Below, in pieces: positions 20,654 to 28,867 of a stretch of DNA of 28,981 nucleotides. The notes under the pieces are model-generated. The model saw nothing but the letters and a program-made list of their open reading frames with translations. It searched no databases and was not told where the DNA came from. Each line of letters opens with the position of its first letter. The stretch's first letter is position 1. The translations under genes were made by a program, and so were the position numbers. Source of the stretch: Burkholderiales bacterium (GTDB lineage: Bacteria; Pseudomonadota; Gammaproteobacteria; Burkholderiales; SG8-39); contig DASUZH010000389.1 in NCBI GenBank assembly GCA_036376975.1, positions 1 through 28,981 on the forward strand. The letters run 5' to 3'.

Positions 20654-20676
20654 TCTTGGCCCCCGGTTTGCGAGCA

Positions 20677-20699
20677 ATGCTACACCTTGCAGCTATACT
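20677..20699. promoter_or_regulatory. Candidate divergent -10 elements between cax and the VIT-like gene
   Basis: TATACT on + (20694-20699) and TAGCAT on - (20682-20677); each leaves a short leader containing a G-rich SD-like run. No convincing -35. Confidence 0.35.
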
Positions 20700-20718
20700 G
20701 AGCCGGGGAACTCAAGGG

Positions 20719-21381
20719 ATGTCCATGGACCAGCACAGCACCAGCGCGCTCGACGCGGCGCTTTCGCCGTTCGAGCGCGCCAGCGAGAGCGTGTTCGGCA
20801 TCCTGATGGCGATCTCGGTCACCGCCGCGTTCGAGATCACCGTCGGCAAGGACGTCGACACCCGCGAGCTGATGATCGCGGCGCTCGGCTGCAACCTCGC
20901 CTGGGGCCTGATCGACGCGGTGATGTACCTGCTGCAACAGCAGTTCGACCGCTATCGCCAGCACCGCATCGTCGTGCAGCTGCACGCTGCCGGTTCGGAG
21001 GACGAGTTCCGCCGCGTGGTGAGGGACGCGTCGCCGCCGCTCCTCGCCGAGGCGCTGACGCCGGATGCCTTCGCGCGCATCCGCGAGCTGACGAGCCGCG
21101 CCTCGGAGAAGCCGTCTTTCTGGCCGGCGCGCGAGCTCGCGGTCGCGGGCCTCATCTGCCTGATCGTGTTTGCCTCGACCTTCCCGCTGGTGGTGCCGTT
21201 CATGTTGATGCAGGACCCGTGGCTCGCGATGCGCGCGTCGCACGCGGTCGCAGCCGTCATGCTGTTCTGGCTCGGCTGGGGCCTCGGCCGCTGGTCGGGC
21301 GCATCCCCGCTCGCTTCGGGCGTGGTCTTCGCCACGGTCGGCGTCGTTCTCGCCGTGTCCTGCATCGCGCTCGGCGGATGA
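20719..21381 (+). CDS. VIT1/CCC1-like integral membrane protein
   Basis: ERASESVFGILMA, GCNLAWGLIDAVMY, a soluble middle segment, FASTFPLVVPF and three C-terminal TMs match the VIT1/CCC1-like topology. Start is 20719 or 20725. Confidence 0.65.
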   Translation: MSMDQHSTSALDAALSPFERASESVFGILMAISVTAAFEITVGKDVDTRELMIAALGCNLAWGLIDAVMYLLQQQFDRYRQHRIVVQLHAAGSEDEFRRVVRDASPPLLAEALTPDAFARIRELTSRASEKPSFWPARELAVAGLICLIVFASTFPLVVPFMLMQDPWLAMRASHAVAAVMLFWLGWGLGRWSGASPLASGVVFATVGVVLAVSCIALGG

Positions 21382-22568
21382 GGCTCGCCGCCTCCCTTCT
21401 GGCGCTGCTCGCTGCGGGCGCTGCGCATGCCGACGACGCCATGGAGCGGGGCGCACCCGCGGACCGCAGCCTGGAGGAACGCCTGAAGGAGAAAGCGCGC
21501 ACCGTCCCGGGCAGCGACGTGCAGTACCTGTTTGCCGGCTACGTGCAGCTGGACGCGCTGTTCACGAAGAAGAAGCTGACCGGAGACGAGGAGGACACCT
21601 TCCTCGCCTCCGCCATCCCGTTCGGCGACGCCGGCAGCGACGCGCGCCTCGGCGTGCGCGCCTCTCAGTTCAACGCCCTCCTGTACAAGCCGACCGCGTG
21701 GGGCGGCGTGCGGGCGCTGGTGCAGGCCGACCTGTTCGCCTACGAGGAAGGCGCCAAGCTGAATTTCACGCAGGCCGCGGTGCGCTTCGGCGAATTCCTG
21801 ACGGTGGGCAAGACCTACTCGACCTTCATGGACGACGAAGGCTGGCCGGGGACCATCGACTACAACGGCCCGAGCGGCGCGGTGTTCGCGCGCCAGGTCG
21901 TGGTGCGCGGCAGCGTGCCGTTCGGCGACAAGCTGCGCGCCGAGGTGGCGTTCGAAGACCCGGCGGCGGAGGCCTCGGCAGGCGGGCCGAACTTCAGCGT
22001 GTCGTCGGCCGCCGAGCGGCCGGATTTCGTGGCGCGCCTGCGTTTCGCGGGCGAGCGCCTGCACGCGCAGGTCGCCGGCCTGTCGCGCTCGGTCACCTAC
22101 ACCGCGCAGGCTGGCACGAGTGCAAGCCGCAAGGTCTCGGGCGAAGGGGTCAGCCTTTCGGGCGCATTGCAGATCGGCGAGGAGGACCGCCTTCTCGCTC
22201 AGTGGAACCAGGGCAAAGGCATCAGCCGCTACTTCAATGACGGCGTGAGCAGCATCGGGGCGGTATTCGACGACGGCGTCAGGCTCGAGCCGCTCGAGCT
22301 CACCGGCTGGTACCTCTATTACGAGCGGCAGTGGGCTGCGCGCTGGAAGACGGTGGCCGGGTTCAGCGAGCTGCGCACCGACAGCGAGGGACTACGTCCC
22401 GCGGAGGACCTGACGCGGCTCCGCTACGCCTCCGCCAGCCTGCTGCACAAGCTCAAGCCCGACTTCTTCGTCGGCGCCGAGCTGCTGTACGGCAAGGCGA
22501 AGCGCCAGGACGGGGTCGAGGCGAGCGACAGCCGCCTGCAGATCACGGCGCGCTACCTGATCTACTAG
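21378..22568 (+). CDS. DcaP-like outer-membrane porin (396 aa)
   Basis: ATGA overlap. Signal peptide (..AGAAHA), short coiled segment, [24 protein letters not shown], alternating beta-strand pattern, C-terminal aromatic RYLIY. Confidence 0.78.
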   Translation: MRLAASLLALLAAGAAHADDAMERGAPADRSLEERLKEKARTVPGSDVQYLFAGYVQLDALFTKKKLTGDEEDTFLASAIPFGDAGSDARLGVRASQFNALLYKPTAWGGVRALVQADLFAYEEGAKLNFTQAAVRFGEFLTVGKTYSTFMDDEGWPGTIDYNGPSGAVFARQVVVRGSVPFGDKLRAEVAFEDPAAEASAGGPNFSVSSAAERPDFVARLRFAGERLHAQVAGLSRSVTYTAQAGTSASRKVSGEGVSLSGALQIGEEDRLLAQWNQGKGISRYFNDGVSSIGAVFDDGVRLEPLELTGWYLYYERQWAARWKTVAGFSELRTDSEGLRPAEDLTRLRYASASLLHKLKPDFFVGAELLYGKAKRQDGVEASDSRLQITARYLIY

Positions 22569-23794
22569 GGCAGGTCCGGCAGCTCGCCGGCGATCGATTC
22601 CAGCAGGTCTGTGCGCGTCAGCACGCCGCGGAAGCCGCCTTGCGCGTCGACTACCAGCGCAAGCTCGATGGGGTGCTTCTTGAACAGCGCGAGCGCATCG
22701 AGCACCGTGCAGTCCTCGCGGATCTGCGTGCCCGGCTGGAGCGCCTTCTCCAGCGGGTCGCCGTCGAGCAGGTCCTCCTTGCGCACCACGCCCGCGATGC
22801 GCTCGAGCGTGCCGTGCGCGACGGGGAACTCGCGGTGCGGCAGGCCGCGCACGTCCTCCACGATGCGCTCCGGCGCCGCCGCCGCGTCGACCCAGGCGAC
22901 GTCTTCCCGCGGAGTCATGATGGCGTCGACGCGCAGGTCGGCGAGGCGCAGCACCTCGCCGACCATGCTGCGCTGCGCGGGCTTGAACATGTCGCCGCCG
23001 ACCTCGGGCACCGTCACCGGCACGCCGCCGAGCAGCTTGAGCACCGCGTCGGCGACGCGCTGGCGCGGCGGCAGCATCGACAGCGCCCTGCGCCGGCCGC
23101 GCGCGGCGAGCTGGTTGAGGATCTCGATCAGCAGGGAGAAGCCGATCGCGGCGTAGACGTATCCCTTCGGCACGTGCACGCCCAGGCCGTCGACCACCAG
23201 GACCAGGCCGACCATCAGCAGGAAGCCGAGGCAGAGGATGATCAGCGACGGCCGGGCGAGGATGAAGCGCGTCAGCGGCTTGCTCGCCACCAGCATGGCG
23301 AGGACCGCGATGACGACGGCGGTCATCATCACGGCGAGATGGTCGACCATGCCGACCGCGGTGATCACCGAGTCGAGCGAGAACACCGCGTCGAGCACCA
23401 CGATCTGCGCCACGATCGGCCAGAACGCGGTGGCGCGCGCGCCGCCCTGGCCGGCTTGCCGCGGCTCGATGCGGTCGTGGATCTCGGTGGTGGCCTTCAC
23501 CAGCAGGAACAGGCCGCCGGCGATGAGGATCAGGTCGCGCCACGACACCTCGAAGCGCCAGAACGAGACCAGCGGCGCGGTGAGCGACATCACCCACGAG
23601 ATGCCGGCGAGCAGCGCGAGCCGCATGACCAGCGCGAGCGACAGGCCGATCACGCGCGCGCGGTCGCGCTGCGCGGCCGGCAGCCGGTCCGACAGGATGG
23701 CGATGAAGATCAGGTTGTCGACGCCGAGGACGATCTCCAGCGCGACCAGGGTGACCAGGCCGATCCAGACCGTCGGGTCGCTCAGCCAGTCCAC
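22565..23794 (-). CDS. TerC-family membrane protein with CBS pair (YegH-like, lacking the C-terminal CorC/HlyC domain)
   Basis: GTG start. [52 protein letters not shown]...[13 protein letters not shown]. Confidence 0.88.
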   Translation of the reverse strand: MDWLSDPTVWIGLVTLVALEIVLGVDNLIFIAILSDRLPAAQRDRARVIGLSLALVMRLALLAGISWVMSLTAPLVSFWRFEVSWRDLILIAGGLFLLVKATTEIHDRIEPRQAGQGGARATAFWPIVAQIVVLDAVFSLDSVITAVGMVDHLAVMMTAVVIAVLAMLVASKPLTRFILARPSLIILCLGFLLMVGLVLVVDGLGVHVPKGYVYAAIGFSLLIEILNQLAARGRRRALSMLPPRQRVADAVLKLLGGVPVTVPEVGGDMFKPAQRSMVGEVLRLADLRVDAIMTPREDVAWVDAAAAPERIVEDVRGLPHREFPVAHGTLERIAGVVRKEDLLDGDPLEKALQPGTQIREDCTVLDALALFKKHPIELALVVDAQGGFRGVLTRTDLLESIAGELPDLP

Positions 23795-23801
23795 CGCGCG
23801 C

Positions 23802-24701
23802 TCAGTCGGCCACGTCGGGCTCGAAGAACAGCCACTGGATCTCGGGGAACTCGGCGCGCGTCGCCGCCTCGGTGCGGTTGATCGCGGCGACCAGCTCGTC
23901 GACGCTGCGCGCCTTCATCCTCGCCTTCACCGCCACCATGAACGTGGTGCCGAGCTGATAGGTGATCAGCCGGTAGACCTGCTCGACCCCGTCCTGGGCG
24001 AGGAGGAACGCCCGCAGCCGCGCCTCCGCCTCGGGCGCCGCGCTCTGGCCGATGAGCAGCGCCTTGATCTCGTTGCCGATGCCGATGGCGACCACGATGA
24101 GCAGCGCGCCGATGGACATCGAGCCGAGCGCATCCCACATGGTGTCGCCGGTGAACACCGCCAGCAGGATGGCGAGCAGGGCGAACACCAGGCCGAACAG
24201 CGCCGCGATGTCCTCGCCGAGGATCACCACCAGCTCGCTCTGGCGGCTTTCGCGGAACCAGCGCCACAGCGACTTGCCGCCGCGCACCTTGTTCACTTCC
24301 TGCAGGCATGCGCGCAGGGAGACGATCTCGGCGACGATGCCGAACGCCAGCACGCCGACCGCCACCCAGGGGTGACTGAGGCCTTCGTCGCTGTGCAGCT
24401 TGTGCCAGCCCTCGTAGAGGGAGAACAGGCCGCCGAGCGAGAACAGCACCAGGGCGACGATGAACGACCAGAAGAACACCGCCTTGCCCCAGCCGAGCGG
24501 GTAGTCGGGCGAAGGCGGGCGCTTCGCCTGCTTCATCCCCCAGAGCAGCAGCCCCTGGTTGCCGGCGTCGGCGTAGGAGTGGATCGCCTCGGCCAGCATG
24601 GCGCTCGAGCCGGTGTAAGCGGCGGCGCCGGTCTTGGCCGCGGCGATGGCCAGGTTCGCACCCAGGGCATAGAAGATGGTTCGGACCGAATCGGCTTTCA
24701 T
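23802..24701 (-). CDS. Cation diffusion facilitator (CDF) family transporter
   Basis: [52 protein letters not shown]-terminal WLFFEPD. Confidence 0.9.
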   Translation of the reverse strand: MKADSVRTIFYALGANLAIAAAKTGAAAYTGSSAMLAEAIHSYADAGNQGLLLWGMKQAKRPPSPDYPLGWGKAVFFWSFIVALVLFSLGGLFSLYEGWHKLHSDEGLSHPWVAVGVLAFGIVAEIVSLRACLQEVNKVRGGKSLWRWFRESRQSELVVILGEDIAALFGLVFALLAILLAVFTGDTMWDALGSMSIGALLIVVAIGIGNEIKALLIGQSAAPEAEARLRAFLLAQDGVEQVYRLITYQLGTTFMVAVKARMKARSVDELVAAINRTEAATRAEFPEIQWLFFEPDVAD

Positions 24702-24719
24702 GGGCCTATACTATTTGAA
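24701..24719. promoter_or_regulatory. Putative bidirectional promoter with overlapping -10 hexamers, giving two leaderless mRNAs
   Basis: + strand TATACT (24707-24712) puts +1 on the A of ATG 24719; - strand TAGTAT (24713-24708) puts +1 on the A of ATG 24701. Only 17 nt separate the start codons and neither gene has an SD. Confidence 0.6.
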
Positions 24720-25312
24720 TGCGAAATTTCCTGATTGCTGGTGTCGTAGTCGCGGTCGCCGGTTGCAGCACGGCGTCGCAGGAGGGCGCGGCCAAGGGCG
24801 CGACCATGGGGGCGGTGGGCGGCGCCGTGGCTGGAGCGGTCAGCAGCCTGATTTTCGGCGGCAACGTGGTGCAGGGGGCGGCGCAGGGCGCCGCCATCGG
24901 CGTTGCCTCCGGCGCCGCCACCGGCGCCGTCGCCGGCTCCATGGCGGACAGCGCGGCGAAGGAGAGGGCGGCAAAGCCGCCCGCCGGCGATGCCGAGCTC
25001 AGGAAGCGCATCGGCGACCGGAACTACGCCAGTTCGCTGCTTCTCGCGCAGTGCAGGCACAAGGACGCCATTGCCTCCGCCGAGGAGACGCTGGCCGTCA
25101 GCAAGGACTCCAACGAGCGCGCCTTCGCCCAGCTCCTGCAGGGGGTGGCCTCGGAAGAGTCCGGCGACAAGACGCTGGCGGCTTCGATGTACCCGAAGAT
25201 CGCGCAGCAGAGCGGCGGCAGCGTCGACAAGGCGCGCGCCGACACGCTGGAAGGGGTAATCAAGGTGCAGGCCGAGCGCAGGAAGCACGGCATACCGCCT
25301 TGCAAGACATGA
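24719..25312 (+). CDS. Glycine-zipper lipoprotein with helical C-terminal domain
   Basis: Lipobox AVAG-C. GAAKGATMGAVGGAVAG...GAAQGAAIGVASGAATGAVAG (GxxxG zipper). Confidence 0.75.
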   Translation: MRNFLIAGVVVAVAGCSTASQEGAAKGATMGAVGGAVAGAVSSLIFGGNVVQGAAQGAAIGVASGAATGAVAGSMADSAAKERAAKPPAGDAELRKRIGDRNYASSLLLAQCRHKDAIASAEETLAVSKDSNERAFAQLLQGVASEESGDKTLAASMYPKIAQQSGGSVDKARADTLEGVIKVQAERRKHGIPPCKT

Positions 25313-25322
25313 GGACGAACGC

Positions 25323-26168
25323 ATGAAGCTTTCCAAGGAGCAGCTCGAACGCTTCGATCGCGATGGGTATCTCTTTTTTCCTTCTTTGTTCACCAAGGAG
25401 GAAATCCGGGTTCTGACCGACGAAGTCCCCGGCCTGTATTCCCAGCGCCGCGCGGAGAACGTGCGCGAGAAGACCGGCGACGTGGTGCGCACCAACTTCG
25501 CCGCGCACATGTACAGCTACCCCTTCGCCAAGCTGGCGCGTCACCCGCGCATGGTCGAGCCGATCAAGTCGCTGTTCGGCGAAGACGTCTACATGCACCA
25601 GTTCAAGATCAACGGCAAGCAGGCCTTCGACGGCGACGTCTGGCAGTGGCACCAGGACTACGGCACCTGGATGAACGACGACCAGATGCCGGCGGCGCGC
25701 GCCATGAACGTGGCGATCTTCCTCGACGAGGTGAACGAGTTCAACGGCCCGCTGATGTTCATCCCCGGCAGCCACAAGCAGGGCGTGCTCGACGCGTCCC
25801 ACGACCAGAGCACGACCAGTTATCCGCTCTGGGTTATTTCGAATGAAAACATAAAGAAAATGGTGGAGAAGGGCGGCATCGTCGCGCCCAAGGGGCCGCC
25901 CGGCTCGATGATCCTGTTCCACGGCTGCCTGGTGCACGCCTCGACCTCGAACCTGTCGCCTTGGAACCGCGTCAGCGTCTACCTCTCGCTTTGCGCCGTC
26001 TCCAACCACATCCGCCGCTTCAAGCGCCCGGGCTACATCGCGCACCGCGACTTCACCCCGATCCAGTGCCTGCCGGACGACTGCCTGCTGAAGCACTACG
26101 ACGTGCCGCTGCCGTGGAAAGACGGCACACCGGCCGAAGAGCTGCAGGGCGCGCTCCGGGCGGCGTAG
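25323..26168 (+). CDS. PhyH/EctD-like Fe(II)/2-oxoglutarate dioxygenase (ectoine/proline hydroxylase-like)
   Basis: RBS GAGGA. FDRDGY, YMHQFKIN, WQWHQDYGTW (HxD), NGPLMFIPGSH, LVHAS (distal His), NLSPWNR. Confidence 0.88.
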   Translation: MKLSKEQLERFDRDGYLFFPSLFTKEEIRVLTDEVPGLYSQRRAENVREKTGDVVRTNFAAHMYSYPFAKLARHPRMVEPIKSLFGEDVYMHQFKINGKQAFDGDVWQWHQDYGTWMNDDQMPAARAMNVAIFLDEVNEFNGPLMFIPGSHKQGVLDASHDQSTTSYPLWVISNENIKKMVEKGGIVAPKGPPGSMILFHGCLVHASTSNLSPWNRVSVYLSLCAVSNHIRRFKRPGYIAHRDFTPIQCLPDDCLLKHYDVPLPWKDGTPAEELQGALRAA

Positions 26169-26169
26169 C

Positions 26170-26295
26170 GTGACCGGCGACCCAGAGGACGATGTCGAGC
26201 AAGACGATCCGCCGGAAGATGACGAGGACGAGAAGATTGACGACGACGAAGGCGAAGAAGTCTTCCCGATAGACGACCCCGAGCGCGACGCATGA
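26170..26295 (+). CDS. Hyper-acidic 41-aa microprotein (MTGDPEDDVEQDDPPEDDEDEKIDDDEGEEVFPIDDPERDA), absent from the ORF track
   Basis: GTG 1 nt after the upstream TAG; its TGA overlaps the downstream ATG (ATGA 26292-26295). 23 of 41 residues are D/E. Confidence 0.6.
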   Translation: MTGDPEDDVEQDDPPEDDEDEKIDDDEGEEVFPIDDPERDA

Positions 26296-27671
26296 ACCTT
26301 TACTCCAAGCTCCAGCAGCGCAAAGACAATCCGCTGCGCATCGGCGTGATCGGTGCCGGCAAGTTCGGCGCGATGTACATCGCGCAGGTGCCGAAGACTC
26401 CCGGCGTGCACTTGGTCGGCATTGCTGATCTTTCGCCCGCTAACGCGAAGGAGAACCTGAGCCGTACCGGGTGGCCTCCGGACGCTTATGGAGCTGCCTC
26501 GCTGGATGAGGCGCTGAAGCAGAAGAGAACCCATGTGTCGGATGACTGGGAGAAGCTGGTAGCGCATCCGGCGATCGACATCATCATCGAGTCGACCGGC
26601 AATCCGCCGGCGGCGGTGGAGCACGCGCTGGCGGCGTTCAAGAACCGAAAGCACGTGGTGATGGTGACGGTGGAGGCCGACGCGTTTTGCGGGCCGGTGC
26701 TGGCGCAGAAGGCGAAAGAGGCGGGTGTCATCTACAGCCTGGCGTACGGCGACCAGCCGGCGCTGATCTGCGACCTGGTCGACTGGGCGAGGGCCGCGGG
26801 CTTTCCGGTGGTCGCGGCGGGCCGCGGGCACAAGTGGCAGGCGCACTACGCGCAGTCGACGCCGGAGACGGTCTGGGGCTACTACGGCCTCACGCCGGAG
26901 CAGGCGAAGGTCGGCGGCCTCAACCCGAAGATGTTCAATTCGTTCCTCGACGGCTCGAAGCCGGCGATCGAGACCAGCGCGGTGTGCAACGCCACCGGCC
27001 TCACGCCGGCGCCGGAAGGGTTGCTCTATCCGGCCGGCGCGATCGACGAGATTCCCGCGCTGATGCGGCCGCGGAGCGAAGGCGGCGTGTTGCATCACAA
27101 GGGCCAGGTCGAAGTTGTTTCTTCTTTGACAGAAGAAGGAAAACCGATCTCCTATGACATCCGCTTCGGCGTGTTCGTCTCGTTCGAGGCGGAGACCGAC
27201 TACATCCAGCGCTGCTTCCAGGAATACGGCGTGAAGACGGATCCGTCGGGCCGCTACGCCTGCCTCTACAAGCGCTGGCACATGATCGGTCTAGAGGTCG
27301 GAATTTCCGTGGCTTCGGTGGGCCTGCGCAACGAGGCGACAGGAGTGGCGACGGGGTGGCGCGCCGACGCGGTCGCGACTGCGAAAAAGAACTTGAAGGC
27401 GGGAGAAATCCTCGATGGCGAGGGTGGCTACACAGTCGTCGGGCGGCTGATGCCGGCAGAGGATTCCTTGAAGCAGAACTGCCTGCCGCTGGGCCTCGCC
27501 CACGGCTGGAAGCTGCTCAAGCCCGTTTCCGCCGGGCAGCCTTTGCGCTGGAGCGACGTGGCTTTCGACGCGAACCAGACGGCCGTGCGGCTGCGGCGCG
27601 AGATGGAGTCCGCAGCTTCTCGAGGAAGCGGTACATCTCGGTATGATCCGCGCCCTGCGGCAGCTGCTTGA
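26292..27671 (+). CDS. NAD(P)-dependent oxidoreductase (homoserine-dehydrogenase-like N-terminus) with C-terminal SAF domain
   Basis: Rossmann IGVIGAGKFG, DIIIESTG, KHVVMVTVEAD, YGDQP, FLDGSKPAIE. SAF segment AKKNLKAGEILDGEGGY...LPLGLA. Confidence 0.82.
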   Translation: MNLYSKLQQRKDNPLRIGVIGAGKFGAMYIAQVPKTPGVHLVGIADLSPANAKENLSRTGWPPDAYGAASLDEALKQKRTHVSDDWEKLVAHPAIDIIIESTGNPPAAVEHALAAFKNRKHVVMVTVEADAFCGPVLAQKAKEAGVIYSLAYGDQPALICDLVDWARAAGFPVVAAGRGHKWQAHYAQSTPETVWGYYGLTPEQAKVGGLNPKMFNSFLDGSKPAIETSAVCNATGLTPAPEGLLYPAGAIDEIPALMRPRSEGGVLHHKGQVEVVSSLTEEGKPISYDIRFGVFVSFEAETDYIQRCFQEYGVKTDPSGRYACLYKRWHMIGLEVGISVASVGLRNEATGVATGWRADAVATAKKNLKAGEILDGEGGYTVVGRLMPAEDSLKQNCLPLGLAHGWKLLKPVSAGQPLRWSDVAFDANQTAVRLRREMESAASRGSGTSRYDPRPAAAA

Positions 27672-28440
27672 GCGCATCGCGCCATAGCTTGAGGGTCGCC
27701 TTCAGGTAGGGCGCCCGGACGCGCATCGCTTCCGAGATGCTTTCGGCGATGCCGACGTCCTTGGTCATCAGCGCTGCGGAGAACCCCGATGCGAATGCGT
27801 TGGTCAGCACCTGCTGCGGCAGCTTGCGCTGCGTGGTGCTGTTGTAGCCGGTGGAATTGTTGATCACGTCCACCATCAGCGCCGGATCGAGGCCGAACGC
27901 CTTGCCCACCAGCACCGCCTCGAAGGCGGCGATGGTGCCCGCGGCGCCGATGTAGTTGTTGAGCGCCTTCAGGGCGTGTCCCGCGCCGAGCGGGCCGCAG
28001 TGGTAGATGCGGTTGCCCATCTTCTCGAGCACCGGCCGCACGTGCTTGAGGAGCGATTCGTCGCCGCCCACCATGATGGCGAGGGTGGCGTCCTTCGCCC
28101 CGCCCTTGGCTCCCGACACCGGGGCGTCGAGCAGCAGCACCTGCCGCTTGCTCAGCTCCTTCTGCAGCTCGCGCGTCGCAACCGGATCGGACGAGCTCAT
28201 GTCGATGACTACCGCGCCGGCCTGCAGGCCGGGCAGGGCGGCCAGCACCGCTTTGCGCACCGCGACCGCGTCCGGCAGCATGGTGATCAGGATGTGCGCG
28301 CCGTCGGCCGCCTCCCTTGCGGAGTTGCGGTTGCCGCTGCCGTTCAGGTCGTAGGTCTGCACGGTGTAGCCGCCGGCGGACAGATTGGCCGACATCAGGC
28401 GGCCCATGACGCCCAGGCCGATGAAAGCGATGGTGTTCAC
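27517..28440 (-). CDS. beta-hydroxyacid dehydrogenase (3-hydroxyisobutyrate dehydrogenase / tartronate semialdehyde reductase family), 307 aa
   Basis: GTG at 28440 overlapping the upstream TGA. IAFIGLGVMG, ITMLPD, IDMSS, LDAPVSGA, GTLAIMVGG-like ATLAIMVGG, GAGHALKALNN (catalytic Lys), KDVGIA. Confidence 0.9.
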   Translation of the reverse strand: MNTIAFIGLGVMGRLMSANLSAGGYTVQTYDLNGSGNRNSAREAADGAHILITMLPDAVAVRKAVLAALPGLQAGAVVIDMSSSDPVATRELQKELSKRQVLLLDAPVSGAKGGAKDATLAIMVGGDESLLKHVRPVLEKMGNRIYHCGPLGAGHALKALNNYIGAAGTIAAFEAVLVGKAFGLDPALMVDVINNSTGYNSTTQRKLPQQVLTNAFASGFSAALMTKDVGIAESISEAMRVRAPYLKATLKLWRDALKQLPQGADHTEMYRFLEKLRTPSRAAAARPSGSRRKPRRSSAKAARRKRA

Positions 28441-28823
28441 TTGGCCTCGGCGAAAACCTCTTTGGCGCAGCGGAAAGCGACTACCGCCGCGGGTACGCCG
28501 CAGTAGATGGCTACCTGCAGGAACACTTCCTTGATCTCGTCCTTGGTGAGGCCGTTGTTCAGCGAGCCGCGGATGTGCAGCTTCAGCTCGTGCTCCTTGC
28601 CGAGCGCGCACAGCATGCCGAGGTTCAGCACCGAGCGCGTCTTGCGCGGCAGCCCGGGGCGGTTCCAGATGTCGTTCCAGCAGTAGGTGTTCAGCAGCTC
28701 GACGAATTCCTGGCTGAACTCGTCCACGCCGGCCATCGCCTTGTCGACGTAGGGTGCGCCGAGCACCTCGCGGCGCGTCTTCAAGCCGTTGTCGAACCGT
28801 TCCTTGTGCGCTCGCTTGTCCAT
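28437..28823 (-). CDS. Carboxymuconolactone decarboxylase (CMD/AhpD-like) family protein
   Basis: RBS GGAGG. RREVLG, DIWNRPGLPRKTRS, ELKLHIRG, GLTKDEIKEVFLQVAIYCGVPAA. Confidence 0.9.
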   Translation of the reverse strand: MDKRAHKERFDNGLKTRREVLGAPYVDKAMAGVDEFSQEFVELLNTYCWNDIWNRPGLPRKTRSVLNLGMLCALGKEHELKLHIRGSLNNGLTKDEIKEVFLQVAIYCGVPAAVVAFRCAKEVFAEAK

Positions 28824-28858
28824 GCTGCCTCCAGAAGAGGAAAACTCGGGGGGCGGAA

Positions 28859-28867
28859 ACTATAGCA
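28859..28867 (-). promoter_or_regulatory. Putative extended -10 promoter for the CMD/dehydrogenase pair
   Basis: Minus-strand TG-C-TATAGT, about 35 nt upstream of the ATG at 28823. It overlaps the stop codon of the LuxR-type gene. Confidence 0.45.

Noticed and set aside
25323-26168. Naming the dioxygenase ectD
   Set aside because: The EctD signature is not matched (HQDYGTW vs HSDFETWH) and ectABC are absent.
26292-27671. Flagellar FlgA or true homoserine dehydrogenase call
   Set aside because: SAF is only a small C-terminal domain, there is no signal peptide or flagellar context, and similarity to homoserine dehydrogenase is limited to the NAD-binding region.
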